In this document: piece after piece, positions 47,163 to 59,960 of the stretch
Layout of the letters: each line of letters opens with the position of its first letter
Position numbering within the stretch: position 1 is the stretch's first letter
NCBI GenBank assembly: GCA_964016885.1
Contig: OZ024741.1
Coordinates: forward strand, 189,906,001 to 189,970,000
Length of the DNA: 64,000 nucleotides
Direction of reading: 5' to 3'
Source: Eledone cirrhosa
Lineage: Eukaryota
Notes under the pieces: model-generated
What the model saw: only the letters and a program-made list of their open reading frames with translations
Databases searched by the model: none
What the model was told of the DNA's origin: nothing
Made by a program: the position numbers and the translations under genes

Positions 47163-47583
47163 TACCTATCTTCCGGCCTTTCTAGAGAATCGTAAAAGCA
47201 CATATCGTTATATGCTTTTTCTATGAAAATTAGTAGTGGGCAGACCAATTTGCATAGAGCGTGAGTACGTACCGGTTCAGCGGAGACGATAAAAACAGAT
47301 AACGAAACGAAATTAAATTTCGTTTCGTTTGTAACTCACTTTTGTATGACTGACGCTTAAACAATTAAGTTAAAAATGTACATCCACATATGTATACTGA
47401 AATACTAGTATGCATATGAATACACACACGTGTACATATGTAGATGTACCGAGTTTTTCACTGGACACTTTACTGTGAGTGTCCAGCTATTCTGTATGTA
47501 AACACACAGACAAACCGGTTTTTAGAGTCATACTGGTTTTCGAGGAAACACCTTTCCTCTATTCTCCAGAAAGCCAGACAAGG

Positions 47584-47628
47584 AATATTGGACTAGTTTC
47601 GATGTTGTTACATCTCATCAGCAATATT
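47584..47628 (-). ncRNA. Type I hammerhead ribozyme (copy 2)
   Basis: Identical to copy 1, 466 bp downstream. Confidence 0.9.
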
Positions 47629-48096
47629 TACCTATCTTCCGGCCTTTCTAGAGAATCGTAAAAGCACATATCGTTATATGCTTTTTCTATGAAAATTAGT
47701 AGTGGGCAGACCAATTTGCATAGAACGTGAGTACGTACCGGTTCAGCGGAGACGATAAAAACAGATAACGAAACGAAATTAAATTTCGTTTCGTTTGTAA
47801 CTCACTTTTGTATGACTGACGCTTAAACAATTAAGTTAAAAATGTGCATACTAGTATTTCAGTATACATATGTGGATGTACATTTTTAACTTAATTGTTT
47901 AAGCGTCAGTCATACAAAAGTGAGTTACAAACGAAACGAAATTTAATTTCGTTTCGTTATCTGTTTTTATCGTCTCCGCTGAACCGGTACGTACTCACGC
48001 TCTATGCAAATTGGTCTGCCCACTACTAATTTTCATAGAAAAAGCATATAACGATATGTGCTTTTACGATTCTCTAGAAAGGCCGGAAGATAGGTA

Positions 48097-48141
48097 AATA
48101 TTGCTGATGAGATGTAACAACATCGAAACTAGTCCAATATT
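48097..48141 (+). ncRNA. Type I hammerhead ribozyme (copy 3); predicted cleavage after GUC at 48134
   Basis: Stem I aatattg/caatatt, core CTGATGA (48104-48110), stem II GATGT/ACATC, GAAA (48125-48128), palindromic stem III ACTAGT. Confidence 0.9.
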
Positions 48142-48975
48142 CCTTGTCTGGCTTTCTGGAGAATAGAGGAAAGGTGTTTCCTCGAAAACCAGTATGACTC
48201 TAAAAACCGGTTTGTCTGTGTGTTTACATACAGAATAGCTGGACACTCACAGTAAAGTGTCCAGTGAAAAACTCGGTACATCTACATATGTACACGTGTG
48301 TGTATTCATATGCATACTAGTATTTCAGTATACATATGTGGATGTACATTTTTAACTTAATTGTTTAAGCGTCAGTCATACAAAAGTGAGTTACAAACGA
48401 AACGAAATTTAATTTCGTTTCGTTATCTGTTTTTAGAAATAAAATTTTCCGTTTAAATTCAGCTAATGTACATATCCAAAAATAAGACCCCTAATAACAA
48501 TTTGAGATCAGATTGAAGTGTAATTTAAATATGAATATAGATGTAAATATGGCAACTATACACTCTAAAAATAAGGTTAACCTTTCATTACCACACTGCC
48601 TATGTGTTACCATTATTTTGAAAATAACCAAAAACTTAAAGGAAATTATGGCCGTTATTATAGTTGACATTATTATTACTTTTATAATAAAGTTATTTAA
48701 TAAAATAACTAAGGTTTTGTCAGTAAACTGATATTTAGAGCATTACTTAAAACATTCTAAAATAAAATTATGGTGGAAGGTTTTAATATAAGAGTAACCA
48801 TTTACAAATTAGCAATTTTATATCCTAAATAAGGGGCAGTTTTAGGAAATTTGGTATGAAATAGGTTAATAGTATGTTATTATAAAATAAAATTCCTAAC
48901 TTAAATTCATCTAATGTACACATCCAGGAATGAGCAATAGCTAATGCTTACAAATCAAACTAATCAAAATGTAGT

Positions 48976-51900
48976 TGTTATGAAATTTGTTTTAATCAAC
49001 CAATCAGCTACCACCACATTAGTTGGTGCAGACTACATAAGTTACATGTGAACCGGCAACATTATTTGCAAGTGGCCATAAATTTTCTAGTGTTAATGAA
49101 GATTGGAATAAAGCCTTATAATGTCTTACTACTATGAATTAGACATGCTCAATTTATTCCAATCTTCATTGACTTGGATGCTAAATTCTTCAAGAAGACT
49201 CTCAGTGAAAGCCCTGCCCAGGAAGAGTATCTCTACTGTAAGTGAATGCTTGGTTGAGATTTACATTTAAAAAAAGCTGAAATATCAATATCAGAAGAGG
49301 ATAAACTCTCAGTATTATTTGTTATGTGGCTACAAAGCTTTTGTCTACATTCAAGATTGTGTGAATTACAACCAAGCCATTACCATACTAAATGACAAAT
49401 TTAATAAGCAATCTACAGCCATAATGATGCGTCACAAACTAAGAACATGAAAGCAAATGGAAGATAAATCAGTTGACGACTTCATGAATGAACTAAAACA
49501 TTTAGCAAGAAAATGTCCAACTGGACCATTAACTGCTGATCAACATCATGGTATGCTTGTTAATGATGCCTTCATTTCTGGATTATTATCCCCACAAATA
49601 AGGCAAAGACTATCAGAATCAACCGATGAAAGGCTCTCATACATTCATAAACAGATTCTTACACTTGAGTTAGCAATTAAAGACTCTCAAGGTTTTGGTA
49701 ATGCTAAATTACATGTCAGTTACAAAAATCAACCATCTTCAGTTTCAGTGCAACCATCGATATCAGCTATCTAACAATACTAGCAAATGCTTCTTTTGTG
49801 GAGGGCGAAGGCATGAATACTGAAGCCGTCCTACAAAAGATTCAATCTCCAACAACTACCATAAGAAAGGGCATTGGAAATCTGTATGCTTAGCCAAAAA
49901 CAAATCAAAGTCTAAGCAGAAAATTGCAGCTCTACAGACCATAAATAACTCAGTTGAAGTTGGTACTTCAGATTCAGTTCAATACTAGCTCCAGTTTGAG
50001 ACAAAGATAAATAAAATAAAACAATATCACATATAAATAGACATGCTATTGAAACACTTATTGATACAGGATCTGATCTCTCATTCATAACTGAAGACAT
50101 GGCATTAAAATGTAACCTCAGTATCCAGCCTTATCGAAATATCTGCATGGCAGACAAATCAAAAATTCACGTCTCAGGTAAAACACATTGTGAAATTACT
50201 TGTAACAATATACAATATTCAGCAAATTTATTTGTGATTAAATCTTTTATGATGCCTTTGATCATAGGCATAGATATTCTCCATGATCACTCATTCGTAT
50301 CTTTTTAACTGGGTGGATCAAAGCCACTAATAACCTACTGTCTCACTCTCTCTGTGTTGACCTGCAAGAAATACGACCTCATACCAGTAGACATTAATAA
50401 ACTGAATCCAATTGCAACCCTTCTCAACACATGAAGACTAACCCATTTATAGCTAAAGAAATATATCACCTACTTAATGATGGAATTATAACTAAGATTC
50501 AAAGTCCTTGGCGTGCTCAGTGTTTCATTGTACAAGGAAAGGAATCCCCAAAAGAGGAGATTGGTAGCTAACTACTCTAAAAGCATAAATCTTTATACAC
50601 CACTTGATTCATATCCTCCTGCAAATATCGATTTCAGCCTTCAATAAGTGGGATGTAAGATTGCAAGATTTATTTAAAGTAAGCATATCATCAAATCGAA
50701 CTGAAGGAAAGAGATGTACCACTTACAGCGTTTGAAGCCTGTGGATGTTTATATCATTTCCGTAGGTTACCTTTCAGGTGTACCAATACAGTACAAATTT
50801 TTCAACATACAATCGATGGTTTTATTAACTTAATGCATTGACCAAAACCTTCACATATCTCGACAACATAATTATTTTCAGAAAAGATTACCCAGAATAT
50901 GTCCACAATCTATCTCAGTTTATAAAGGTGGTAAAGTTAGCAAACATTACGGTGAACGACTTCAAATGTAAATACAGACTGTTGAAACTAAATTTCTTGG
51001 GTGACAAAATAGAAAATGGTAACATTAGACCAGACCCTGAATGGTTAAAATGTCTTTTGGATTATCCAGTTCCAAAAAGATTCCACAACTTAACAGCTTC
51101 CTCCGATTAGTTGCTTGCTACGCCAAATGGATTAAGGGATGTGTAGCAAGAGTTGCCTCCCTTGTTGTGACGATCACAACCTCAGTAGCGCTCTCTAGAC
51201 AGGAAGTAGCTGGAGTTACTTGCCGTTGTGGTTGCAGAGCTTTTTTGTCACTTCCGTCCTGGGACCCTATAAAAGGGATAGCTTTCAGCTCTCTCCCTCT
51301 CTTCTAACCTCCCTCTCTTCTACTCTCTGGCAACCCTGAACATGGTCTCTTGCGAGCTCACTTCAAAACGGTAATACAAATAACTTTAATTCATTCTTTG
51401 ATCTATCTTGGCATGTCAACTATTCTGTTCTACATAACTCAACTTGTTAAATAAACATTGTACATACAACCCAAGTGTCCGTGTTATATTCACACAATCC
51501 AGTAATATCTGTTATAAGTGGTGAACCCGAGAAAAAATAAAAGGATCTGGTGTTGTGTGAATGTGAAAAAAAAAAGAAAAGAAAATTAATTAGCAGTATT
51601 TCAAAAAGAAAAAATTCCTCTAACAACATTCCACATGGATTTTGTCTAAAACGAAAAATAGAAGTAATCTTTTTCTCAGCAGCAAACAAACAAGAAAAAA
51701 CTTTGTTCTTCACCTAACCTGTTTACATCGTTTAAATGTCGCTACTTTTTCATCACTTTCAAAAAAAAAAAAATGGAACTCTCGCCATATACAAAGCCTT
51801 TCTTTCTTTTTCATCATGTTTTCACGTTCACACACAAATCTTTCAAAATGGCTGCCAACGACCTGTTGCACTATCATTTTCTCGCGCAATAGAAATTTTT

Positions 51901-54900
51901 TTTTTTCAACTTGACTTTAACCTTGTTTTGGCACGTGTGGGCAGCACACATCTCGACTCACTGAGATAACATATGCCATAGATAATGTTTCTTGACAAGG
52001 ATTCTCCAGCCTTAAGCTATATTCTCCTATTTGCCGGTTTAAAAATTTACCACGTAAATTTGCCGTTGAAAACTGCGCATTTATTCAGAATGATTATTTC
52101 TTTGGTCGCTGGCCTCTTGACCCTTCCAGGTCAACGTGTTCTCAACATCGACCATCAACTTTGGCTGTTATTTCTAGCACTTTGCGCAACTCATTTTTTC
52201 TGGGAAGATTTTTACTGTGAACGGAAACAACTTTGAAAGAGTTATCTCACTCCGCGAGACAACAATAACACAGCTTCATCAACAACCAAAACCAGCAGAA
52301 CAAGACAGAGAATTTATTTTTGCTGCACTCTTCCTGTGAGAAAATCCCTTCGGAGGTTGGGAATTTCACGTTGTACCACAGTCTAGAAACCACCTGCATA
52401 CATTCTCTGGAACACACTTTCTTTCCTGCTGTCACCTGTGAACTGTATTTTGAACATTTGAACTTTGTTAATAACTATGTTCGAGCACGTTTCTTTGCTC
52501 CTTTGACCTCTTCTTTTGATTACATTGTATCTTTGAGTGATGGATAGATAGATGTCCAGTCGTTCTCTGGCCAAGCGGTTGGCTACTTTGATATCTATCA
52601 TTGATTTTTGCATGCTTATATTTTGCTGTTTTCCTTTTATTGCAAACACTATTTTTTTTGTAAATTTCATGCCTGGACTTTGGTGTTATGCTCGCCATCT
52701 TACTCCATACATGGTTCATTCGATTTTTATGTTTTAAAAATCTGGCGGGAGGTAATGTAGCAAGAGTTGCCTCCCTTGTTGTGACGATCACAACCTCAGT
52801 AGCGCTCTCTAGACAGGAAGTAGCTGGAGTTACTTGCCGTTGTGGTTGCAGAGCCTTCTTTGTCACTTCCGTCCTGGGACCCTATAAAAGGGATAGCTTT
52901 CAGCTCTCTCGCTCTCTTCTAACCTGCCTGGCCCTTTGGCCAGGCGCGTTCGCCGAGGCTCTACTCTTTGGCAACCCTGAACATGGTCTCTTGCGAGCTC
53001 ACTTCAAAACGGTAATACAAATAACTTTAATTCATTCTTTGATCTATCTTGGCATGTCAACTATTCTGTTCTACATAACTCAACTTGTTAAATAAACATT
53101 ATACAAACAACCCAGAGTGTCGCCTGTTATATTCATACAATCGAGTAATTCTGTTAAAGATGCACTAACTTGATCAGACCTTTAATGCAAGCAAGAGATA
53201 ACTGTGCGAAGTCACATCCTCTGATTCTATCTACAGAATACGTAAACACTGTCGAGCTCATTAAATGACGACTCGAGTCTGCATTACTGGCCATGCCTCG
53301 TATGGGCACACTACTCATGCTTGAAACTAATGCATCAGGGGTAGTAATAGGAGGTACCTTGCATCAAGAAGACAGACGTGTTGCCTTTATGTCTAAGAGT
53401 CTGTCTAATTCAGTCAACCGTGGAATGTGAGGCACAGGCTATTGTTGAATGTTGTAAGAAATGGAAGCACATACTAAACATGGTACCACTTTTCACAGTC
53501 ATAACCGATCAGAGACCAGTGGCCTATATTTTTAACAGTACTCCTCAAACAAAAAATTTTAAAAAACGATAAAATTGCCTGATGGAAACTAGAACTGTTG
53601 GGATATCGCTTCGTCATATCATACAGACCTGGGTCTGTAAATAAGGCTGCTGACGTTCTCTCAAGATGTGCTGTATTTTCTCTTAACTCACAAAACACAT
53701 TGCTAGTTCTGCATGAAAGATTGTACCATTCAGGTGTGACTCAAATGACTTATTTCTGTCAATCTAAAAATTTACCTTTCTCAATACGAGAAATTAGGAG
53801 ATCATTTCCCAGTGTTAAGTCTGCTGAGAACTGAAACCTCATTTCCATAATTCAGTTCCTTCTAAGTTGATCACTGCAATGCATCTATGGGAAAAGTTAT
53901 CAATGGATTTCGTCAGCCCTCTTCCATCTTACATAAATGAGAAATATATATTAATTATAGTGGAAGAATTTTCTAGATACCCGTTTGCCTATCCATGTTC
54001 TGATATATCCTCAGTAACAGTCATTGGAAAACTAAAAGACTTATTTTGTCTGTTTGGAGTCCCCTTGGCTATACATTCAGACAGAGGAGCACAGTTTGAA
54101 ATTTCTTCTGTTGAATAATATTGTTAAGATTCACACAACACCATATCGGCTGCAAGGAAAGGGCCAATGTGAAAGTATTAATAGGGTAATTCTAAAGACA
54201 ATAAATATTGCACTCAGGAGTAAATAGTTAGATAGATACCACTGGAAAAGTGAGCTACCTCTGGCTTTATCTTGTATAAGAGGACTTCTCTGCATGTCAA
54301 TGAATCAAACACCTCATGAATGAATTTTTAGCTTTCCTAGACACTCCTCTTTGGGAGAGATGTTACCTGAATATCTGCTCCAAAAGAACACGGAAGTCCT
54401 AAAAAGAATTCATGTATGAAATAGAATAGACCCTCTGACCGAAAGAGTAACCCTATTGGAAACTCTTTCACCATATGTGGTGCAGGTAAAAAGTAGCGGT
54501 GAATAGTGGAAACTATATCGACTAGAGGTATCGCCCCTCTAACAACAGATAGTCAAATGCAAATAATACGAGAGAAGAAGCAAGTTTGGCAACCAACAAC
54601 ATGAAGACCACTCCATCAATAACTCAAAGATCTCTGAAGATGTTATTTCAGAAAACGATGCATCTCTTACTACCGAACTGCCAGACAACGTTGATCTGCA
54701 AATGTCAGAGGAAGAAATTAGTCCAGAAACAAACAAATTTAAATCAATTCAAGGCTCATTGCTCAACAGTGAAATTCACACTTGTTTTAGTTGAATTATT
54801 AAACATCCTAAAAGACTAGATTTGTGATTGACACACTATATGTACAACTTTCTTGGAACGAGGGGAAAAGGTTCTGAAATTTGTTTTAATCAACGAATCA

Positions 54901-55000
54901 GCTGCCACCATGTTAGTTGATGCAGACTACAAAAGTTACATGTGAAATGGTAACATTAATTTCAAGTGGTCGTAATTTTTGTATTGTTAATGATGATTGC
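48976..55000 (+). mobile_element. Decayed Gypsy LTR retrotransposon (gag-PR-RT-RH-IN)
   Basis: Diverged LTR starts at 48976 and about 54870; PPT GAGGGGAAAAG. Zinc-knuckle remnant about 49790-49890, protease LIDTGSDLSFI about 50057, RT YLDN about 50856, RNase H about 53300-53660, integrase DFVSPLP/HSDRGAQF about 53900-54100. Many stops and frameshifts. Confidence 0.9.
51142..53158 (+). mobile_element. Non-autonomous LTR element (TRIM/LARD-like) nested in the Gypsy pol region
   Basis: LTRs at 51142-51516 and 52756-53158; 4-bp TSD GATG; PBS-like TGGTGAACCCGAG; PPT-like GGCGGGAGG. The 1.24-kb interior has no recognisable pol. Confidence 0.9.
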
Positions 55001-57079
55001 TCAGTAGTGTAGATTTCATAATCATCATCGTCGTTTAGTATCCATTTTCCTTGCTAGCAGGGGTTGGATGTGTCACCACAAACCTGTCAGTACTTAATCA
55101 GAGCCACTGACCTCCATGCAGGCTGAGGACCTGATATAATATCCCATGCTCTGCCAAGTGAATTTTATTGTATAGAGGTTATCATGACTTTGACACAGTT
55201 GAAGAGTTTTCCCAACACTTTGGTTGGCAGGTTTTCTCTGACTTGATACTCTTCCTATCACCAACCATTTTACAGAGTGTACTCAGTGTATTTATTATGT
55301 AGATCACTAACACTAAGGAGGTTATCATGTCTATGGCACAACTGAAGAGTCGTCTCAACCCTTTATTTGGTAGGTTTTCTATGGCTGGATAACATTCCTA
55401 TCACCAACTGCAATATCCATTGTAAATACGAAGTTAAAGGAAATTACTGTACTATGTTTTAAAATAACAGTTCCTAGTTCAAATCTGAAGGTGTATGGCC
55501 TTGTGGTTAAAGTGTTGGACTAATCATAATGTTGTAGATTCAATTACTGGACAGGATGGTGCATTGTGTTCTTGAGCAAAACACTTAATTTGAAGTTACT
55601 CTTGTACATTCAGCTGAAAAAAAATCCCAGCAGTAGCTGTGGGTTAATGCTGCATGGACTGGCATCCTTTCCAGTGAAAAGTCTTTTACTCTTAGTTGCT
55701 TAACACTGATGGAACCAGGATAAGTACAAGCCTCCAGGCTTGGCAGGAAAAAAAAAGTTCAAATCCTGTCTGGAATAATACATATATCCAGGAATAAGAC
55801 AGCAGATGATGACTAGAAATCAAAACAATCAAATATTATCTCAGTGTAAATAAATATTGCAAATATATATTTTAAAGATAAGGTTAATAGTGTGGAATAT
55901 TATAAGCTTATCAATGTTGTTTGTTAATAAATTTCTAGTAAACAGATACATCATCAAAAATATAAAAGTTCAATCTCAGATCAACCGCAATACAGAAGAA
56001 AATATTTATTGATCTGATTATTGGAAATTGCTTCAAGTTTGTTAATTCGATACCTTTTTTGTTGGTGTTATGAAATGCAAGCTTCAGTTTAACATTATAT
56101 AAATACACACACATATGCATGCACATACACACACATAAGTATCATCATCATTATTATCACCACTTTTACAATCTACTTTTCTATGCTGCCATATATGTGT
56201 ATGTATGTGGTTCTGTGAGTGTGCAATTGTTTGGATAAAATCTATTTTGTCTAAAACCACCAATACCACCACAACCACCATCACCTCAACCATCATAACC
56301 ACCACAACAACCATCACCACAACCACCACTTGACTTATTCATGTCATATATAATAATTTCTGCCCCCTTTCAACTTTTCTATGCTAGTTGTTCTTTGGCC
56401 ATCAAAGCTTTTGGTTTTTAGGTGGTGTCCACCACCTGAAACCACCACTGTTTCTACAATACTAAACTGTTTTTTAACCTTCAGCATGCTGTCAGCGACA
56501 TATTGCGGCAAGAGTGTAATCCCCCCTTAATACGTAATGCATTGTCAAGGGAAGCAATTCATAAAAAAGTTCAGCATTCTAAAGATTAAAGTTTTTATCT
56601 TCATCTAAACACCTTCCATCATAATTTTAAGTAAGGACATTTATGTTCCAAACAACAGCTTAAAAATGAGGAAGTTATTTTACTAAATTATGACAAACAC
56701 ATTTCATCCTTACAGGGTCGATAAAATAAAGCACCAGTAAATCACTGAGATCAATTAATTGACTTTCCCCTCCTCCAAAAATGATTGGCCTTGTGCCTAA
56801 ATTAGAAACCATTATTAAAATAAATGTAGGGCGGTGGATTGGCAGTATCAGTAGAGGGTCGGACGCCATGCTTTCCAGCATAGTTACGTCCCTTTACGAT
56901 CTGAGTTCAAATCCCGCCGAGGTTGACTTTGCCTTTCATCCTTACGGGGTCGATAAAATAAAGTACCAGTAATGCAATGGGTAATTGCTGGCCTTGTGCC
57001 TAAAGTAGAAACAATTATTAAAATAAATGTACACCACACTATCAAATATAATAATAATTGTAATGATAATAATAATAAT

Positions 57080-59960
57080 GAGAGGAGAAATATCTTTATT
57101 GAGTGAGTTAACCGCTGGAAATGATATAAGATCTAAGAAGGTAAGAAAGCTAAAGAGAAAATATAGACTGTCTTCAAGAGAAGCAATAGTTTCAACAAAA
57201 GAATCTCTGAAACAAAATTCCAAGTAAAAGCCCAACGAATTCGTAGATTCGAGAAGCGAAACAACTTCTTCAGGCAAAATAAGTTGTTCTCATCCAATGT
57301 CAAGTCATTTTATAGAGAAGTAGGGAAGAAAAAAATTATTATTGAAGACCACCACCCCACCCCCGTCCATAGAAGAAGTTGAAAACTTCTGGAGTAAAAT
57401 TTGGAGTGATGAGAAGACATATAATACAAATGTAGATTGAATTTGTCACCTGGAAAAATCCTACACAAATTTAGAAGAACAGGCATGGGAAGACATCTCT
57501 ATAGTGGACTTAAGGACAGACTCAATAAATCTCATAAATGGAAATCTCTTGGTAGAGACAGGGTGCCAAATTTCTGGCTTTCCTCACTCCCGTGCACTCA
57601 CAATATATTGGTCAAGCTGTTTAATGGAATTATGAAAGATCCAAAAAATACACCTGATTGGATAGCAAGTGGCATTACCTACCTTCTACCAAAGATCCAA
57701 AAAACTATCGGCCCATAACCTGCTTGTCCACCACTTATAAACTATTAACCTCTATTCTCATGGAAAAAGCATACGTGTTTTTGGAGGAGAACAATCTTTT
57801 CCCCATTGAACAAAAAGGGTGCCGACGAGGTTCATATGGTTGCAAAGATCAACCTTTGATTAATCTATGATCCTTGAGAACTGTCATAATAAACACAGAA
57901 ATCTCAGTTCTGCATGGATCGATTATAAAAAAAGCCTTTGACAGCATACCACACTCATGGATTCTGAAATCACTGGACATCTTCAAAATCTCACCTGTGA
58001 TCTCAAACTTCCTGAAGCACAATATGTCATTATGGAACACAAATCTTCAATTGTCTCATTCCACTGGGGTACTGGTCTCTAGGAATATAAACATCAACTG
58101 TGGTATATTCCAGGGTGACTCACTTTCACCCTTGCTTTTCTGCATAGCTTTAATACCCCTTACATCCGAACTTAATAGAACAGGGTACGGTTATAGAATT
58201 GACAACAAAAAATTAGCCACCAATTTTATATGGATGATTTGAAGCTATATTGCAAAGATAATGACGAACTGGAAGGCTTTTTGCGGACAGTAAAAACGTT
58301 TAGCGATGACATCAGGATGGAGTTTGGACTTGACAAGTGTGCAAAAGCCACTTTCAAGAAGGGGAAGCTTGTCAACTCAGACTCAGTTGAATTGGATGCT
58401 GAAACAATCATAAAGGAACTTGAGCAGGAACAAACCTATAAATACTTAGGGATTAATGAGGGCTCTGGCATACAGCATGCAAGTATGAAAGAGAGGATAA
58501 GGAAAGAATGTTACAGGAGAGTACGTGCAGTTCTGAGAACAGAACTAAATGCTCGTAACAAGGTGCTAGCCATAAATTCCTTGGCAGTCCCAGTTGTCAC
58601 TTATAGCTATGAGTGAAATCAAAAGAATTGACACCAAAGTCCGTAAGCTACTGACCTGTAATAGGATGCACCACCCAAAAGCAGATGTGGATCGTCTTTA
58701 CCTTCCTAGAACTGAAGGAGGCCGTGGCCTGATCCAATTTGAACTTGCTTACAAGACCACCATCATTGGACTGGCCAAATACCTTGAAACAACTAAGACT
58801 GTATGCTGAAACTTGTTGAAAAGCATGAGAGAAGTAAGAGGCTTCATTCTATCTTGAAGGAGAGCAAAAAATATGCTACTGATCTCATGCTTGATACCCA
58901 GGCTGGACAGACTAAAGAAACTGTTGCAACTGATGCTGCTAGGCACATAAAATCACTGACAAAAGCAAACAGGCAAGGACAATTAGCATCAAATTGGGAG
59001 TAGAAACCTCTGCATGGCAAATATGTGGCCCGTAGTAAACAAGCTGATGTTGACCAAAAGCGCACCCATCAGTGGCTACGTAGTTCAGGGCTAAAGGTGG
59101 AGAGTGAAGGCTTCATCTTAGCTGCCCAAGATCAAAGCTTATTGACTCGTAATTACCAGGCCAATGTGATGAGAAACGGAATAAACCCAAAGTGCCGATT
59201 CTGCAATGCTGAGGTTAAAACAGTGGATCACTTAGTCTCTGGATGTAAAATTTTAGCACCAGTAGAATACAAATATAGACATGACAGAGTTGGCCAATAT
59301 CTACACTGGGTAATATGTCGACATTACAAAATCAAAGCTGAAGACAAGTGGTACAATCATCATCCTGAGCCTGTAACTGAAGGAGAAAAAGTAACAATTC
59401 TCTGGGACTTTCCTGTACATACTGACAGGACCATAAAAGCAAATAGACCTGACATCATTGTAAAAGATCAACATAACAAGGTCTGTTTATTGATAGATAT
59501 GAGCATCCCATGTGATCACAATATTGCGGCAAAAGAATTTGACAAGCTACGAAAATATAAAGATCTGCTTATTGAAATTGAGAAAATGTGGCGCCTCAAG
59601 GCCGTTACAATACCAGTGATTATGGGAGGACTGGGAATGATCAAGAAAGGAACAGAACAATATTTGCGAATGATTCCTGGTTTACCCTTTCTGCACGAGG
59701 AGCAAAAAATTGTTTTGACTGGTACTGCACACGTATTGAGAAGAGCACTATCTCTGTAAGATTGATATCCCTCCTTGTATTTACATATGCATATGCACAT
59801 GTGTATATATATGTATACTGTTTTTTTTTTTTGTTTTTTTAATTATAATCAATGTGCTGTATTAACTGGCTTACCAATGCACACTTTGAATTTATTTGCC
59901 CTAGGTGTCAGGAAGACACTCGGCATATATCTCAGAAACAATAATGAAAGAAAAGAAAAA
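57080..59960 (+). mobile_element. R4/Dong-clade non-LTR retrotransposon (RT and restriction-like endonuclease), frameshifted
   Basis: NYRPITCL, KKAFDSIPHSW, GIFQGDSLSPL, YMDD, CRFC...H...C, RHD and RPDIIV..D motifs. Both ends abut (TAA)n. Confidence 0.92.

Larger units (their letters stand above)
46901..48435. mobile_element. Retrozyme-like insertion: 466-bp hammerhead-bearing unit, about 2.0 tandem copies plus about 1.3 inverted copies
   Basis: Unit starts recur at 46901, 47367 and 47833; the inverted block has a 466 period (47845, 48311). Flanked by TTTAGAAATAAA at 46891-46902 and 48432-48443. One hammerhead per unit. Confidence 0.9.

Noticed and set aside
47013-48246. Three identical 60-aa ORFs (MSSYSVCKH...)
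   Set aside because: They are a by-product of the 466-bp repeat, start at GTG, lie antisense to the ribozyme strand and show no recognisable motif.
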